DNA of 64,000 bases. Origin: Podarcis liolepis. Its lineage: Eukaryota. Below the pieces are notes generated by a model. It was given only the letters and a program-made list of their open reading frames with translations, was not told the DNA's origin and did no database searches. The position numbers were made by a program, and so were the translations under genes. The DNA is taken from the NCBI GenBank assembly GCA_965112155.1, contig OZ218110.1. One strand, given 5' to 3'. Of this stretch, positions 33,620-45,770 are shown piece by piece (positions within the stretch are counted from its first letter, which is position 1; each line of letters opens with the position of its first letter).

Positions 33620-36600
33620 ATGCACACAAGTGTATTTGCCATCAGGATGTTGCTCCTGCTGCTCCTGCTGCTCCCCAATATAGTGTCCCAAGTACAAAGT
33701 GCTAAATGCGCAGCAAATAATCCTGTTCATGTTCCACACGAGTGGTATGAGCCAGGTGACCTGGTCATTGGTGCAATGGCATCTCATATCTTTTACATAG
33801 TGCCCAAATTATCCTTCAAGAAACACCCTTCCCAGGTCTTCACTGATACCCCACTGTAAGTAACCGGTAATTAATATTATTTTATCTATTGCTTATAAGC
33901 TGTTTCCGACTGAAAATAACTTTTATTGATTGGGGGGGAATCTCTTCCACTTTATTTTTTGAATGTGGAGAGATTTTTTTAGAAATCTCTGTGCACATAG
34001 GCTATGAACATTAAGCTTTTTTAAAAATCCAATTCTGTAAAGAGAGACAGAAAAGAGAGCAGGAGAAAGAGAAAAGATATGGCATATAAAGACAGGTGAA
34101 ACATATAGCCAAAAGTGTTGTACTCAACTTTGTTGATGATACCCAAATTTTCAAGGTGGTGAAAAGAAACATGGGTTGCTGAAGGTATCGAAGAAAAATG
34201 CAACAGCTTTTGCGTGCCCAGGTGGAGACCCCCCAACCGCAGACGACACCAGGTGGAATAATGAGTCGTGACAATGTGTTATGACATTAAAATTGGTCAG
34301 AACTTTATTAAATTTTCAGACGTGGGAACACCTTGGCTTGGGCAATACCCAAATTTTCAAGCTGGTGGAAACAAACGTGGGTTGCTGAAGATATCGAAGA
34401 AAAGTGCAACAGCTTTTTAAATGACACAGTATTATTTTATTGCCTAAATAAATAAATAAATTATTCTGGCTTTGTCCTCTCGTTTTAGCAGGAGGTGAAA
34501 CTCTCATATCTAGATTATGTTTAATTTTCCCACTCTCACTCCATTTGCAGGGTGGTGACAAAGTTCTACCAGCAAATCCTGGCCTTGGTGTTTGCTATTG
34601 ATGAGATCAACGAAAATCCCAGGATGTTGCCCAATGTGTCTCTTGGCTTCCACATCTATGATAGCTATTATGATTCAAAGATGACCTACAGAAACACTCT
34701 GGACCTGCTCTTTAAATCACATCACTTTGTTCCCAACTACAGGTGTGGCATCCACAAAAATGTCATAGGAGTCATTGGGGGACTCAGCTCTGATACCTCC
34801 TGGTGCATGGCAAACATCTTAGGTCTTTTCAAGATTCCACAGGTAGAATATGGGTTTTGGAAAACAGAGTTTTCATGCTTTCCTTGCAGTAGGAATCTAC
34901 TGATTCATAAATATGGAGTGGGGAAATGGACAAAATAAAAGAACCATAATAACCATATCCAACAATGTTTATAAGAAGGTCAATTTGTGTTTAATAGATA
35001 AAACAGGAGATTTCTGTATAGCTGCCAGGTATATATATGAGGCACCTAGACTGGTTAATATACATCAGTCTTGCAGGCACTGCACTGGCTTCCTGTGAGC
35101 TACTCAATATATGACATTGACATTGGTTCATAAGCAAAAATTACCGTACTCAGAACACATTAACTAAAAATGTTCCTCCCCTTAAAAATCAAGATAGTCA
35201 TTTCCCAAAGTATGATGTTAATCAACATTGTTCACTTTCAAAGGCTAATTGAAAAGGCTGTTTTCTTGCTATTGTTCTGTCACCTCTCACCCGTCATTTC
35301 AGAGCGTTATATAGTGGTTTCAGTATTGTGCTGTTCTACTTCATTGTTGGATTTCATTTTTATTCTTTTAATCTTTCCTGGAATGTTTAGCATGGTGTTT
35401 CTGTATCTTACTGATATTTTATATGATGTGGTTTATTGTGCTCAGCGAATAATAACATATGCAGTCTAATAGAGATCTTCAGGATTTCCCAAGATATCTT
35501 CCTGAGAGAGTTCTTAGCAGATGCAGAAGCAACCTCTCTCTACAAACGCTATAAAGGTTACAAAGCAAAAGAGCATGATCAACAATTTCTATTGCTCCAC
35601 CTCCACCTTGGACTTTTGTTCAATGATCCACTTAGCCTTGATAAATGTTCCTCTCTAATTGGAGACAATATGTACAAGAATGAAGCTGTGATGATGCCAT
35701 AATAACAACAATAAATATCTACAGGAACCATTGAGCAAAATTATCCCTGTTTTCTATGTAAGTTGGGTTTGGTGCTGTCCCTAAACTTGGTAAACTTGGG
35801 ATATAGATTGAATATATATTCTATATATGTGTGGGGGGTGTTTCAATAAATTGGAATATCGTGAGTTCTCGTTTCCACTTGGAAACATTTGGCTTTTGCT
35901 TTTTCCAGATTTCATATGGTTTATTTGAACCAGCCATAAATGATGGAACCAAGTTCCCTTCCTTTTACCGCATGGTCCCCAATGAAGACCTTCAGTATCA
36001 GGGAATTATCCAGTTACTTCTGCATTTCAGATGGAAATGGGTTGGGCTCTTGACTCCAGCTAATGAAGCTGGGGAGCAGTTCTTACAGACAATTGAGCAA
36101 ATGTTTTTAAAGAATGGAATCTGTTCAGCATTTACAGAAAGAGTTAAACCCAATATACATTATAATGCTAACTTACTGGAAATGCTGGATGACTCAAGGA
36201 TTTTGTTACCAACTTTCACAACCAGCAAAGCCAATGCAGTCCTTGTATACGGAGAAAGTAGATTTATTATATGGTTGTCAGTTACTTTAAAGGTAATGAA
36301 GTTAACTCAGCTGCTATTTCTTCGTAAGAAGTCCCGTGAAGGAAAAGTATGGATTACAACTGCCCAAATTGATTTCATATTACATAGCCTTCAAGAAACT
36401 ATTGATTTTAATATACAAATGCTCCATGGTGCTATCTCCTTTGCAATTCACTTCAAGGAGATTCACAACTTTAAATACTTTCTTCAAAGTATACGTCCTC
36501 ATTGGACAGAAACAGATGGTTTCATCCACGATTTCTGGGAAGATGCATTCGGCTGTTCACTTTCAAATTCCACTTTCTCAACATTCTTTGATAAAATGTG

Positions 36601-39600
36601 CACTGGAGAGGAAATACTGGAGAACCTCCCAGCACCACTTTTTGAAATGAGCATGACTGGCCACAGCTACAGTATCTATAATGCTGTTTATGCTTTGGCG
36701 CATGCTTTAAATAGCAAGCACTTGGCTGGAATCAACCACAAAATAAGAGATGCTAAAGGAAAACTCTCTCCTCAATATGTAGATCCTTGGCAGGTATTGT
36801 TCCCTGTTACAAAGCATTCACTGCATTGGTCCATTTTGTGAGTAAGCATTTAATCATCAGTAAAGAAATAAAAGAATAAAACTTCAGAAATTAAAAATAA
36901 ACCTTAAGTAAATTTATTGTATGAAAGATGGGAATTAGAGTATTTCCTATAATGATACTAAGCAGACTTTAGATGACACAGACTTTCAGAAGCAACAGAC
37001 TACCAACAACTACAGGTAACTGTAGCTGTGCCAACCACCTTCTCCACACTGCAAACCCCTCCGTTTTCTCCCCATATACCTCCCCAATTATCTCTGTCTC
37101 TCTTACCTGTCCAGTTACCCAGTGGTGTAAGGTTGGGGGCCTGGGGCCCATTGGCACTGGGCACATAATTCTAAGTGAGAAGAACCAGGACCCCAACCCC
37201 AGGCACTGGCTATTGCACGGATCCTCATATCCAAGAGAAAACAGAATAACAGCCTATCAGGGAGCTGCCACTACCTGGGCACGTCCTGGAAGGCCCCGTC
37301 CCCAGCTCCTCATCTTTCCCTGTATGCCCACAACCAGGGTTTTCCGAGCCCTGAAGCCTCACTGGTAGGTCCCCAGAAGAGGCTAGCAACTGTGTGATCA
37401 CTGTCTCTAGACCCTGCTTTTCTCGCCCCTCCTCCTGTTCTGCCTCTAAGTCTGGATTTCAGTCTGGCACAGCCTCTTCCTGCTCCCTTAACCCTGTTGC
37501 CTCTTCTGTTTCTGACACCTCCTCCTCCCAGTCTGCTCCCTCTTCTCCCACTGACCACTCGTTGTTATCCCACCACCAATCCCCTAGCTCTGAGCCTTGA
37601 GGGTTGCCCAGCTGGAGCCTCCTACCCTTCCTCTACATCCAGCCACTCCCTAACACCAATGCTCAAGTCTACTCTATAAACTAAGTAAAGGTCCAATCAG
37701 ACGTTCTCATGTTGTCTACCAATGTCTTGAGAGAATGAGCTCCCATCTCTTCTCTTACTTGACTTCTCAAATTCCTTCCCTTTCATGGGTTTTGACAAAG
37801 GTTGATCCCAAGCAAACAGATCTATAGGCTTAACTGTCCTTCACATATCTTTATGGAAACCTCTTGACCGTTGAATTGAGACTGATTCGTGATTTCCCAC
37901 TCCTGTATGTGCAACTGAAATATTGTTCTCCATTGTGAACTGAAGTGTTTAACTGCTAAAGGAAAAGGATTTGATTCCATCTAGGGATGCTATCCAACAA
38001 TCTTAATCAGAATGCTTTATAGACATTTTTATTCTCTTTGTCTTAGCTCCATTCATTCCTGCAGAGAATCTCATTCAACAACAGTGCTGGGGATGAAATT
38101 ACCTTAAATGAGTATGGAGAGTTAGCAGCTGGCTTGGATATTACCAACTTGGTCACTTTCCCAAATAATTCATATGTCAGGGTGAAAGTGGGAAGGTTGG
38201 ATCCTCAGGCTCCATCGGGCAAGGAGCTCACCATTAATGAAGACAGAATCAAATGGCACAGGCGCTTCACTAAGGTATGGAAATAAATGCCATAATTTGT
38301 GGTTATCTCCAATATGGGACGTAATAGCACATTATTAACTTTGAAAAGTTAATAATAATTCAGTATTGAAAATCTGGTTTAAAATAAGATTTCAATCTGC
38401 ATGAATACTACTTTGATGGAGAGATACTCTATTTGAAAGAGTGACTTTTCATCTATGTTTGCAGCTTCAGCTTCTGAGGCCCTGCCTGTTCGACTGTGTA
38501 CATGATAAGATACTGCATGTGAGACTGAAATTCCCTTTATTTTTATTTTATGCCTATAAACCATCTAGGAGAAAATGTTGTCCTATAAGAAATACTGTGA
38601 GATCTAACAGTAAATCAAAGAATGAGCCAAAATACCAAAAAATCAAGAGGCACAAAAGACATCTCACACTAAGAAGGAAGAACAGCTATCAGAGAGTCCA
38701 GCGTTGGCCAACATTCTTGTTTGTGGATTCCTTGAGGCAAATCTTCAGTTAGTGGCATTAGATTGAAGACTAAGACAGCTATATCATTGTTTGGAATGAG
38801 AATGAACATTATAATCTTCTTGAGTTTGTATGATGCTGATTTCAGGGTGCATACATAGGAGCAGCTGTGGCTGGTGAATAGGTGGGTGCAAGCCCTTCTA
38901 GCCACAGAAGCAACTTAAGACTCTAGTGATGAGTTAGAATCAAGGAGTACTTCCAGACTTAAGAACTTCTGGCTTCAGAGAGAGTGCAACCTCTCCCAGA
39001 ACAGGTCAGGAGTAGGAACCACATACCAAAGCATTTCCCTCCTATCAGGATTCAACCCCCATCCAATCCATCACTCTCTCCAGAAACCTGTCCAGCAACT
39101 TCACCACCTCCTCTCATTCCAATGGAATGGAGAGATAGAGCAACACATCATCACCATACAGATAACACTGTGTTCTGGATCCTAGGATATGATTCTGAAG
39201 AGTTGCATACAGGTGATAAATGGCAACAAAACACAGAATGGGTCTTAAAGGGACACCAAAGCCCAAAAGCCATGGAGTGGTTCCCTAGTACTAGTTTCTC
39301 AGAGTGACCCTGCAGGTAGGAACAGAACCACTGTAATGGGGTACCTTTAATTCCCATCTCCTTGAGTCACAACAAAAAACATACGTGAAATCCTTGAAGA
39401 AAATGCAGTTAGGTTCTGAGGTGAAATTAGACTGAATTCTGGCACAGCTGTAAGGGTGGATGATCTAGGTATGAATATTGCAGTTTTCTTGAGTTTGTAT
39501 AATGCTTAGAGGAGCAGCTCTTTACCCCACTGTATGTGACACCTGTGCACCTATGGATCATATATTTCACACTATTAGTCCTTGTATTTATTGTTAAATC

Positions 39601-41239
39601 ACCTGATCTTGGATACTAGATAAATCCCCCCCAATTTTACTTTTCCTACCTCTTTGGATAGGTGCCACCCCCTTCTGTATGTAATGACATCTGCCATTCT
39701 GGATACAGGAAGACAAAGAAGGAGGGGAAGAAGTTTTGCTGTTATGATTGTGATCCATGTCCAGAAGGAATGATCTCAAATGAGAAAGGTGAACCATGTA
39801 ATCTTAAGACAATACCAAACAATGCAATTCCATGGTTATTAAACTGCTGAAGGAGGGAAGGTTTAAATTAAATTGATGTGTTGATCTCATTGTTTATAGA
39901 CAACATCAAAATATTTTTATCATTAAAATATTTTGAAGAATTTTAAAAAATTTATTTTTTACCTTCACCTTCTACAAAATTAGGGTGGAATAGAATTGGT
40001 CATTTCTCCTCTAAGAGTTAGGTTGTTTGACAAAAGGATGAATGCCTTTCTGGACTCCAAAGATTTCAACTGTAATTTATTATTTAATTTGCTATACAGT
40101 TTATGTGGTTCTTAGACCAAGCAGGGGGACTATAAGAGAAGATGTCCTCCATGTAGAAAATTCCGGGTTTGATTCATGAGATTAATTTTTGATGCCTCTA
40201 GCTTAAAAGCTTTTGGACTTGAAGTTCTTAAACATTTTTAGGTAGAAAACACTGTGCTAGATGGATTATTGATGAGGAAATTATTAAAAATAGTTTTGGA
40301 GGCTTCAAATTGTCACACATTGTTTTTGTATTTTCAGACATGGATACATGTGTCAGTTGCCCAGCAGATCAGTATCCAAACAGCGGCCAGGATCTATGCA
40401 TTCCTAAGATTCCAAACTTCCTAGCCTTTGATGAAACCTTGGCTATTGTTTCAACTTCCTCTGCACTTTTATTCTCTCTCGTCACAATTCTGGTGCTCGG
40501 CATCTTCATTAAGCATCGCAATACAGCCATAGTCAAAGCCAACAACCGAAGCCTCACCTATGGTCTCCTTATCTCCCTCCTCTTGTGTTTCCTCTCTTCT
40601 TTGCTGTTTATCGGAAAACCTAATATGGTGACTTGCCTTCTCCGACAAACTGCTTTTGGCATTGTCTTCTCTGTGGCTCTCTCCAGCATCTTAGCCAAAA
40701 CCATATTGGTGGTTTTGGCATTCATGGCTACCAAACCAGGATCCAATATGAGGAAATGGGTAGGCAAAGAACTGGCATATTCCATTGTCTTTTCCTGCTC
40801 CATTGTTCAAGTAGGTATCTGTGTCCTCTGGCTGGCAACCTCTCCCCCATTCCCAGATGTGGACATGCACTCAATGATGGAAGAAATCATATTTCTTTGT
40901 AATGAAGGGTCAGTCTCCATGTTCTATTGTGTTTTGGGCTACATGGGCTTCCTGGCCACTTTCAGCTTCACGGTGGCCTTCCTAGCCAGGAAGTTGCCTG
41001 ACACTTTCAACGAAGCCAAGTTCATCACCTTCAGCATGCTGGTCTTCTGCAGTGTTTGGCTCTCCTTCATTCCAACCTACCTGAGCACCAGAGGAAAATA
41101 CATGGTGGCTGTGGAGATCTTCTCCATCTTTGCTTCTGGTGCTGGGTTACTGGCTTGCATTTTTTGCCCTAAATGCTACATTATTGTGGTGAGGCCTGAC
41201 CTGAACAACAGAGAGCAGCTAACAAAAAGAAAGGTATAG
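33620..41239 (+). CDS. Vomeronasal type-2 receptor (V2R-3), exons 33620-33855, 34551-34842, 35909-36793, 38047-38274, 39662-39788, 40338-41239; 889 aa, intact
   Basis: GT-AG junctions give an in-frame total of 2670 nt, with the same VFT, CRD and 7TM motifs as V2R-1. Confidence 0.93.
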
Positions 41240-41839
41240 ATGACAATGGAATTTGTGGTTCTTTTGGGTCTGAGGCTGCATGGACTTGCTGGCTGGTATC
41301 ACTTTCTGGGTCCATACTCCAGATATGTGCAGTGTTTGCTCCTTACCTTTTTTTTCTCCTGCATTCCCATGGGTGTCCCACATTTCTGCTCAAAGGGCTC
41401 TGTTTCTTTGTACTATGCTCCACTCCTCCTTTCTTCCCACCCAGTGCAGCCCTGACCTCTGCTTGCCCTTCAGAGCCAGTGTGTCACATGGTACTGGGCC
41501 TTGGCTGCAGCCACCTCTCGTCCTTCCTGCCCACTCTCCAGCAGCTGCTACAATCTGCCCAAGGGAAGAGGATGGCAGTAGCGTCCATGGAGAGGCAATG
41601 CAATGTTCCCTCACAGTAGCTACAGCAGCCCTTGTTCAGCTTCACAGCAGCAGCCCTGGCAAAGGAAATAGCGATATTCTAGGATCACATCAGAAGCCAG
41701 GATGGGTTTTTTTAATTCCGGGACTGTCCCTGGAAAATCGGTACACTCAGAGGGTATGCGTATGGATGGAACAATATTCCTTCTCCCAATAAGTGCTCAG
41801 AAGAACATCATTGCAAAGGGAATAATTGGACACAGGATG

Positions 41840-41935
41840 GTTGCATCATGGAATTAATTATTTTGTATACTTCCAAATCAGCCATGTTTTAATGAGGGCC
41901 TCTTGAGTTTGCCATTAGCACCATTAACTCAAAAC
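41840..41935 (+). promoter_or_regulatory. Candidate OR promoter/enhancer motif (homeodomain TAATGA next to an O/E-like site); copies at 48300-48392 and 53598-53697
   Basis: A conserved block (CATCATGGAAT...TTTTAATGAGG-CCTCT-GAGTTT...ATTAACTCAA) lies upstream of three ORs and is followed by a TATA-like box at 42029, 48467 and about 53785. Confidence 0.55.
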
Positions 41936-42791
41936 AACCCAGGTCTCACAGGCATAACTTCCCATCACTTGAGGAGTGCAATTTGACTAGAGAGCAGAGG
42001 GGAAAGGAGAAGTAGGAGATACACAGGGTATAAATATGGGGGGTGAGAATGAGAGGGCAGGTCTTTAGGATAAAGTCAATTTCCTGGTATTTTCCTTGCA
42101 AAGCTAGAGTTGTCATTTCCTTCAGGTGGGTCCTTCCTTTGAACCTGACCAGCTATTTCAGAAGAATACGTTAGTTCTTGATAACATGGTAAAGCTTATT
42201 GTTGACAAAGTCGTATCTTCCTTAAAGCTGGGAAAGAGTATTTGGGGAGTGATCAGAGGGTAAAAGAATAGGATTCAAATGCTAAAGTATTTCAAGTAGG
42301 AATGTTATACTGATGTTGGATAAAATCATGCAGACTGCATTAAAAAAACACTTTCTAGATTTATTCCCATTGTTGTCTGCACCGAGATCTTCATCTGGTG
42401 GGCCTTGTGTGATGTATAAAGATTTGTGTGATGTATAAAGATCCACAGGTGAATAATGGTTTCAAGACATGTGAATTCCCATACCTTAGAGCAGTAGAGG
42501 TTAGGAAAATGTATTGATTTCAATCCAGAAACAGATTCTCTTCAGAGCAGCATGAAAATTAAGTATATATAATCACTGTGTTAAAGGAGTTGTTAGACTA
42601 CAAGTGTCTTAAAATGACATTTCTATATTTTTACCTCTAAACATTATCCTAAATAGTTCACTCTGGGGTAACATCTCAGGATAAACTGGTCTGAGCTGAC
42701 ACATCCGGCCAAGAGATGCTGACTTGCTTGCCCTTCAATCTGTGACCATCAACACCATATATTTTGTTCTCCCATGATGTGTACTGCCTGA

Positions 42792-43751
42792 ATGGCGTGT
42801 GGAAATGTAACATCGGTCCTTGAACATTTTGAACTTCTAGGATTCCTGTACCCCAAAGACCTAAAGTCCATGTTGCTCATCTTCTTCTTCTTCATGTACA
42901 TATTGTGTCTTTCCGGAAATGGCTTGATCCTCTTAGTGGTAGGACTGGAACCCCACTTGCACAAGCCTATGTACTGGTTCCTCTGCCACCTGTCCATCAT
43001 AGACATGATGGTCTCCTCAGTGGTAGTGCCCAAGTTGATTGTTTGGCTGATGGGAGGGAATGGGGCCATCTCCTTTGCAGGGTGTGTAGCCCAGCTCTTT
43101 TTCTTCCACTTCCTGGGCTGCACAGAATGCTTCCTTTACACTGTGATGGCATTTGATCGCTTCCTGGCCATCTGCAAACCACTACACTACAGCACCATCA
43201 TGAACCACCGTGTGTGCTTCTACCTTTCTGCTGGCACCGTGTTGGGAGGTGCTCTGCACTCTGCTCTAGAGACTTCCCTCACCTTCCATTTGCCATATGG
43301 ACGGGGAAACCAGGTGAACTTCATTGTCTGCGACATCCCAGCTGTGCTGAAGCTGGCCTGCGTGGACACATCCCTCAATGAGATGGTGACTTTCATTGAC
43401 GTGGGGTTGGTCGCCATGGCTTGCTTCCTCCTGATCCTGACATCTTACTTTTATATCATTTGTGCCATCCTGAGAATTCCCACTGCCAAGGGCAGACACC
43501 GTGCCTTTTCCACTTGCACAGCCCATATCACCTTGGTGATGATCTATTACGTGCCTGTTGTTTACAACTACCTGAGGCCAGCATCTCAGGAATCCTTTGA
43601 CGGCATCATTGCCATGTTTTATGCAGCAGTGACCCCCTTTTTAAACCCTCTCATATACACACTGAGGAACAATGAGATGAAAGTGGGTTTGAAGAAATTG
43701 TGCAGTACAAAATGGCAGGGTTCTAACAAGTTGGTTCGAGCGTGGTGCTGA
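42792..43751 (+). CDS. Olfactory receptor, class II, family-10-like (OR-A, 319 aa)
   Basis: Motifs GN, LHKPMYWFL, MAFDRFLAIC, CDIPAVLKLAC, RAFSTC and PFLNPLIYTLRN; single coding exon with an N-glycosylation site NVT. Confidence 0.95.
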   Translation: MACGNVTSVLEHFELLGFLYPKDLKSMLLIFFFFMYILCLSGNGLILLVVGLEPHLHKPMYWFLCHLSIIDMMVSSVVVPKLIVWLMGGNGAISFAGCVAQLFFFHFLGCTECFLYTVMAFDRFLAICKPLHYSTIMNHRVCFYLSAGTVLGGALHSALETSLTFHLPYGRGNQVNFIVCDIPAVLKLACVDTSLNEMVTFIDVGLVAMACFLLILTSYFYIICAILRIPTAKGRHRAFSTCTAHITLVMIYYVPVVYNYLRPASQESFDGIIAMFYAAVTPFLNPLIYTLRNNEMKVGLKKLCSTKWQGSNKLVRAWC

Positions 43752-43921
43752 TAATGTCAAGGTTGCAGGTTTGATCCTCATAAGGGACAGTTGCATATTG
43801 CTGTGTTGCAGAGTATTGGACAAGATCAGGGTTTCCCAAGCTTGCATCTCCAGCTGTTTTTGAACTTGCAGACCCATGTCTAGGAAACCCTGAACTAGTT
43901 GATCCTTTCCAATTCTATGAT
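43729..43921 (+). mobile_element. tRNA-derived SINE with a CR1-like tail (Squam2-like), interrupted by a 66-bp hAT-like MITE at 43827-43892
   Basis: tRNA-like head AGTTGGTTCGAGCGTGGTGCTGATAATGTCAAGGTTGCAGGTTTGATCC and a TTCTATGA tail. The nested MITE has TIRs CAGGGTTTCC/GGAAACCCTG. Confidence 0.7.
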
Positions 43922-45770
43922 GGTTTTAAGTAGGAGTTTTGCTGAAACCTGGAGGAAACAAATATTTCATGCCTTTTGGTTTGCTTTGTGTGTGTTTTTT
44001 TAATATTTATTTATTTTTAAAGAACCATGCAGTCCAACTGTTGTGTAGATCTTGAGTGTTTATGAACATTTGATTTTCTGGTCATTGCAAGAGAAGACAG
44101 ACACCATGGTGCACAACCTGAGCATCGAATACCCACCTCGCTCTATTGTAACCCTTTATGCCATTTACCATGTGTTCTGCACATGATAGGAAATAACCAT
44201 CCATGACCACAAAGTCTCCTTTGGTTATACCTCACATCTCTTCCTCTATCTGTGCACATGGATTCAAAGTCCAATTTAGGTAGTAATTGTGCAGGTGGTA
44301 CCTACCTATGGTTGCTGGTTTTTGTGTGCCCCATGTGGTCATCCAGTGAAATGCAGGGGGCAGTGAAGACCTTTCTGGACCGATACTGCCCACCCAGGCA
44401 TCCCATTGGATCTTCTTTAACCAGTTCTTCTTCAGTTCTGATGTGTTTCTGTAATTTTTGTTGTTCTTTCATGTTGAAACCCTGGTTTCCCCTTCAGTCC
44501 TATCCAGCCCATGAGTTCTGGCCAATTACCTGTCGTGTAGCTCCTGGCTTCTCGCTGCTGTCTCACCCCAGACTTTTGCCCATAGCCAAGCCTCTATACC
44601 AAAACAATTGTTTGCAAATGATTGTTCCCCAGTAGAGTTCCAAGCAACAATATTTTTTTAACTTTCAAATAAACAATAGTTTTAATAATACACGCTGGAC
44701 TCTGGTGAAACCACAGGGCATAAACATGTTCCCCAGATGTGCACATATCCCGAGAGAACAAGTAAGGAGGTTGCATGAAATTCAGAGAAGCTGCAACATT
44801 ATAAAGACACAGGGGGGAGACGAAATGGTCTGTCATGGTGGAAAATGTTCAGTTGATTATCTTCTACAGCTATCCTGTAGCCAATCTGTATCCCCCAGAC
44901 TGGTTATTCTTTCTTTCTGCATCTCAGAAGAAACAAATATGAATAAGAGAAAATCTAATTTGTGTGCTCAGGACTTGCCTGGCCACAACACAACTGAAAG
45001 CAGTTAAGGTGTTTCTACACCCTCTGTTTAATCTCCTTCAGAAGATCACACAGTTACTACTCTGAAGAGGGGAGTTAGTTTCAGAATCTCCTCTGCACAC
45101 TCAGCTAGCTGACGTTTGACTGAAGGTATGTCTGAGGCAAATAGCTTGGTAAAATATCCATGAGTCTCCTGAACAGAAACTAACTGCAATGATATAATAA
45201 CAACTAAGCTTCAGCAAGCTTTTGCTAATGATGTCTTGATAAGTGATCGAATTATCCTATGATCCATCAGACATTCTAGCCATTCCTCAGGTAATTTTAC
45301 CAGTGATTTTATAGCACACCTATAATCTCATCAAAGAGGTCATTTGGCCAACGCCTATCAGGAAACTGGATTGAATAGCTCCCAAATGCATTTCTGGACG
45401 ACGTTAAGGATTTAATAAGTAATAAAATAAAATAAGCTCAAAATAGTCTTTGGAGAATGAGATCATGGCAAAAACATCATGTGCATGAAATCCTGATATT
45501 AATGTAGTTTGGGATTATTTCTGAATATTGTGCACTGTCATTTCCCCCAGTTTTTGATCCCACCTACCACAAAGTATCTTACGAACAGCAGCAGATCTTG
45601 CGGCCTCAAATTTCAGCAGCGCCCTGTGCAACCCCAAAATTCAGAGCCCCCCCCCCATTTCTCACACTCCATTCTAAAGCATAGTTGCAACACCCCCTAC
45701 AGCACCCTTGAAGCTCCGTGTCCCGTGCAACCAAGCCAGTCACACTCCCCTAAATCTGCCTCTCTTACCA

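Larger units (their letters stand above)
1..41405 (+). repeat. Tandem segmental duplication of about 10-11 kb core units, each carrying one V2R gene with its flanks
   Basis: Upstream, intronic and 3' sequences recur (e.g. 1-1000 ~ 21560-22457 ~ 32610-33620; 19889-20800 ~ 31289-32140). Homology of the third unit ends near 41405. Confidence 0.9.

Noticed and set aside
45708-45770. Upstream extension of the OR-B ORF to a TTG start
   Set aside because: The paralog OR-E and the other ORs start at the MEC/MAC methionine, so the ATG at 45771 was used.
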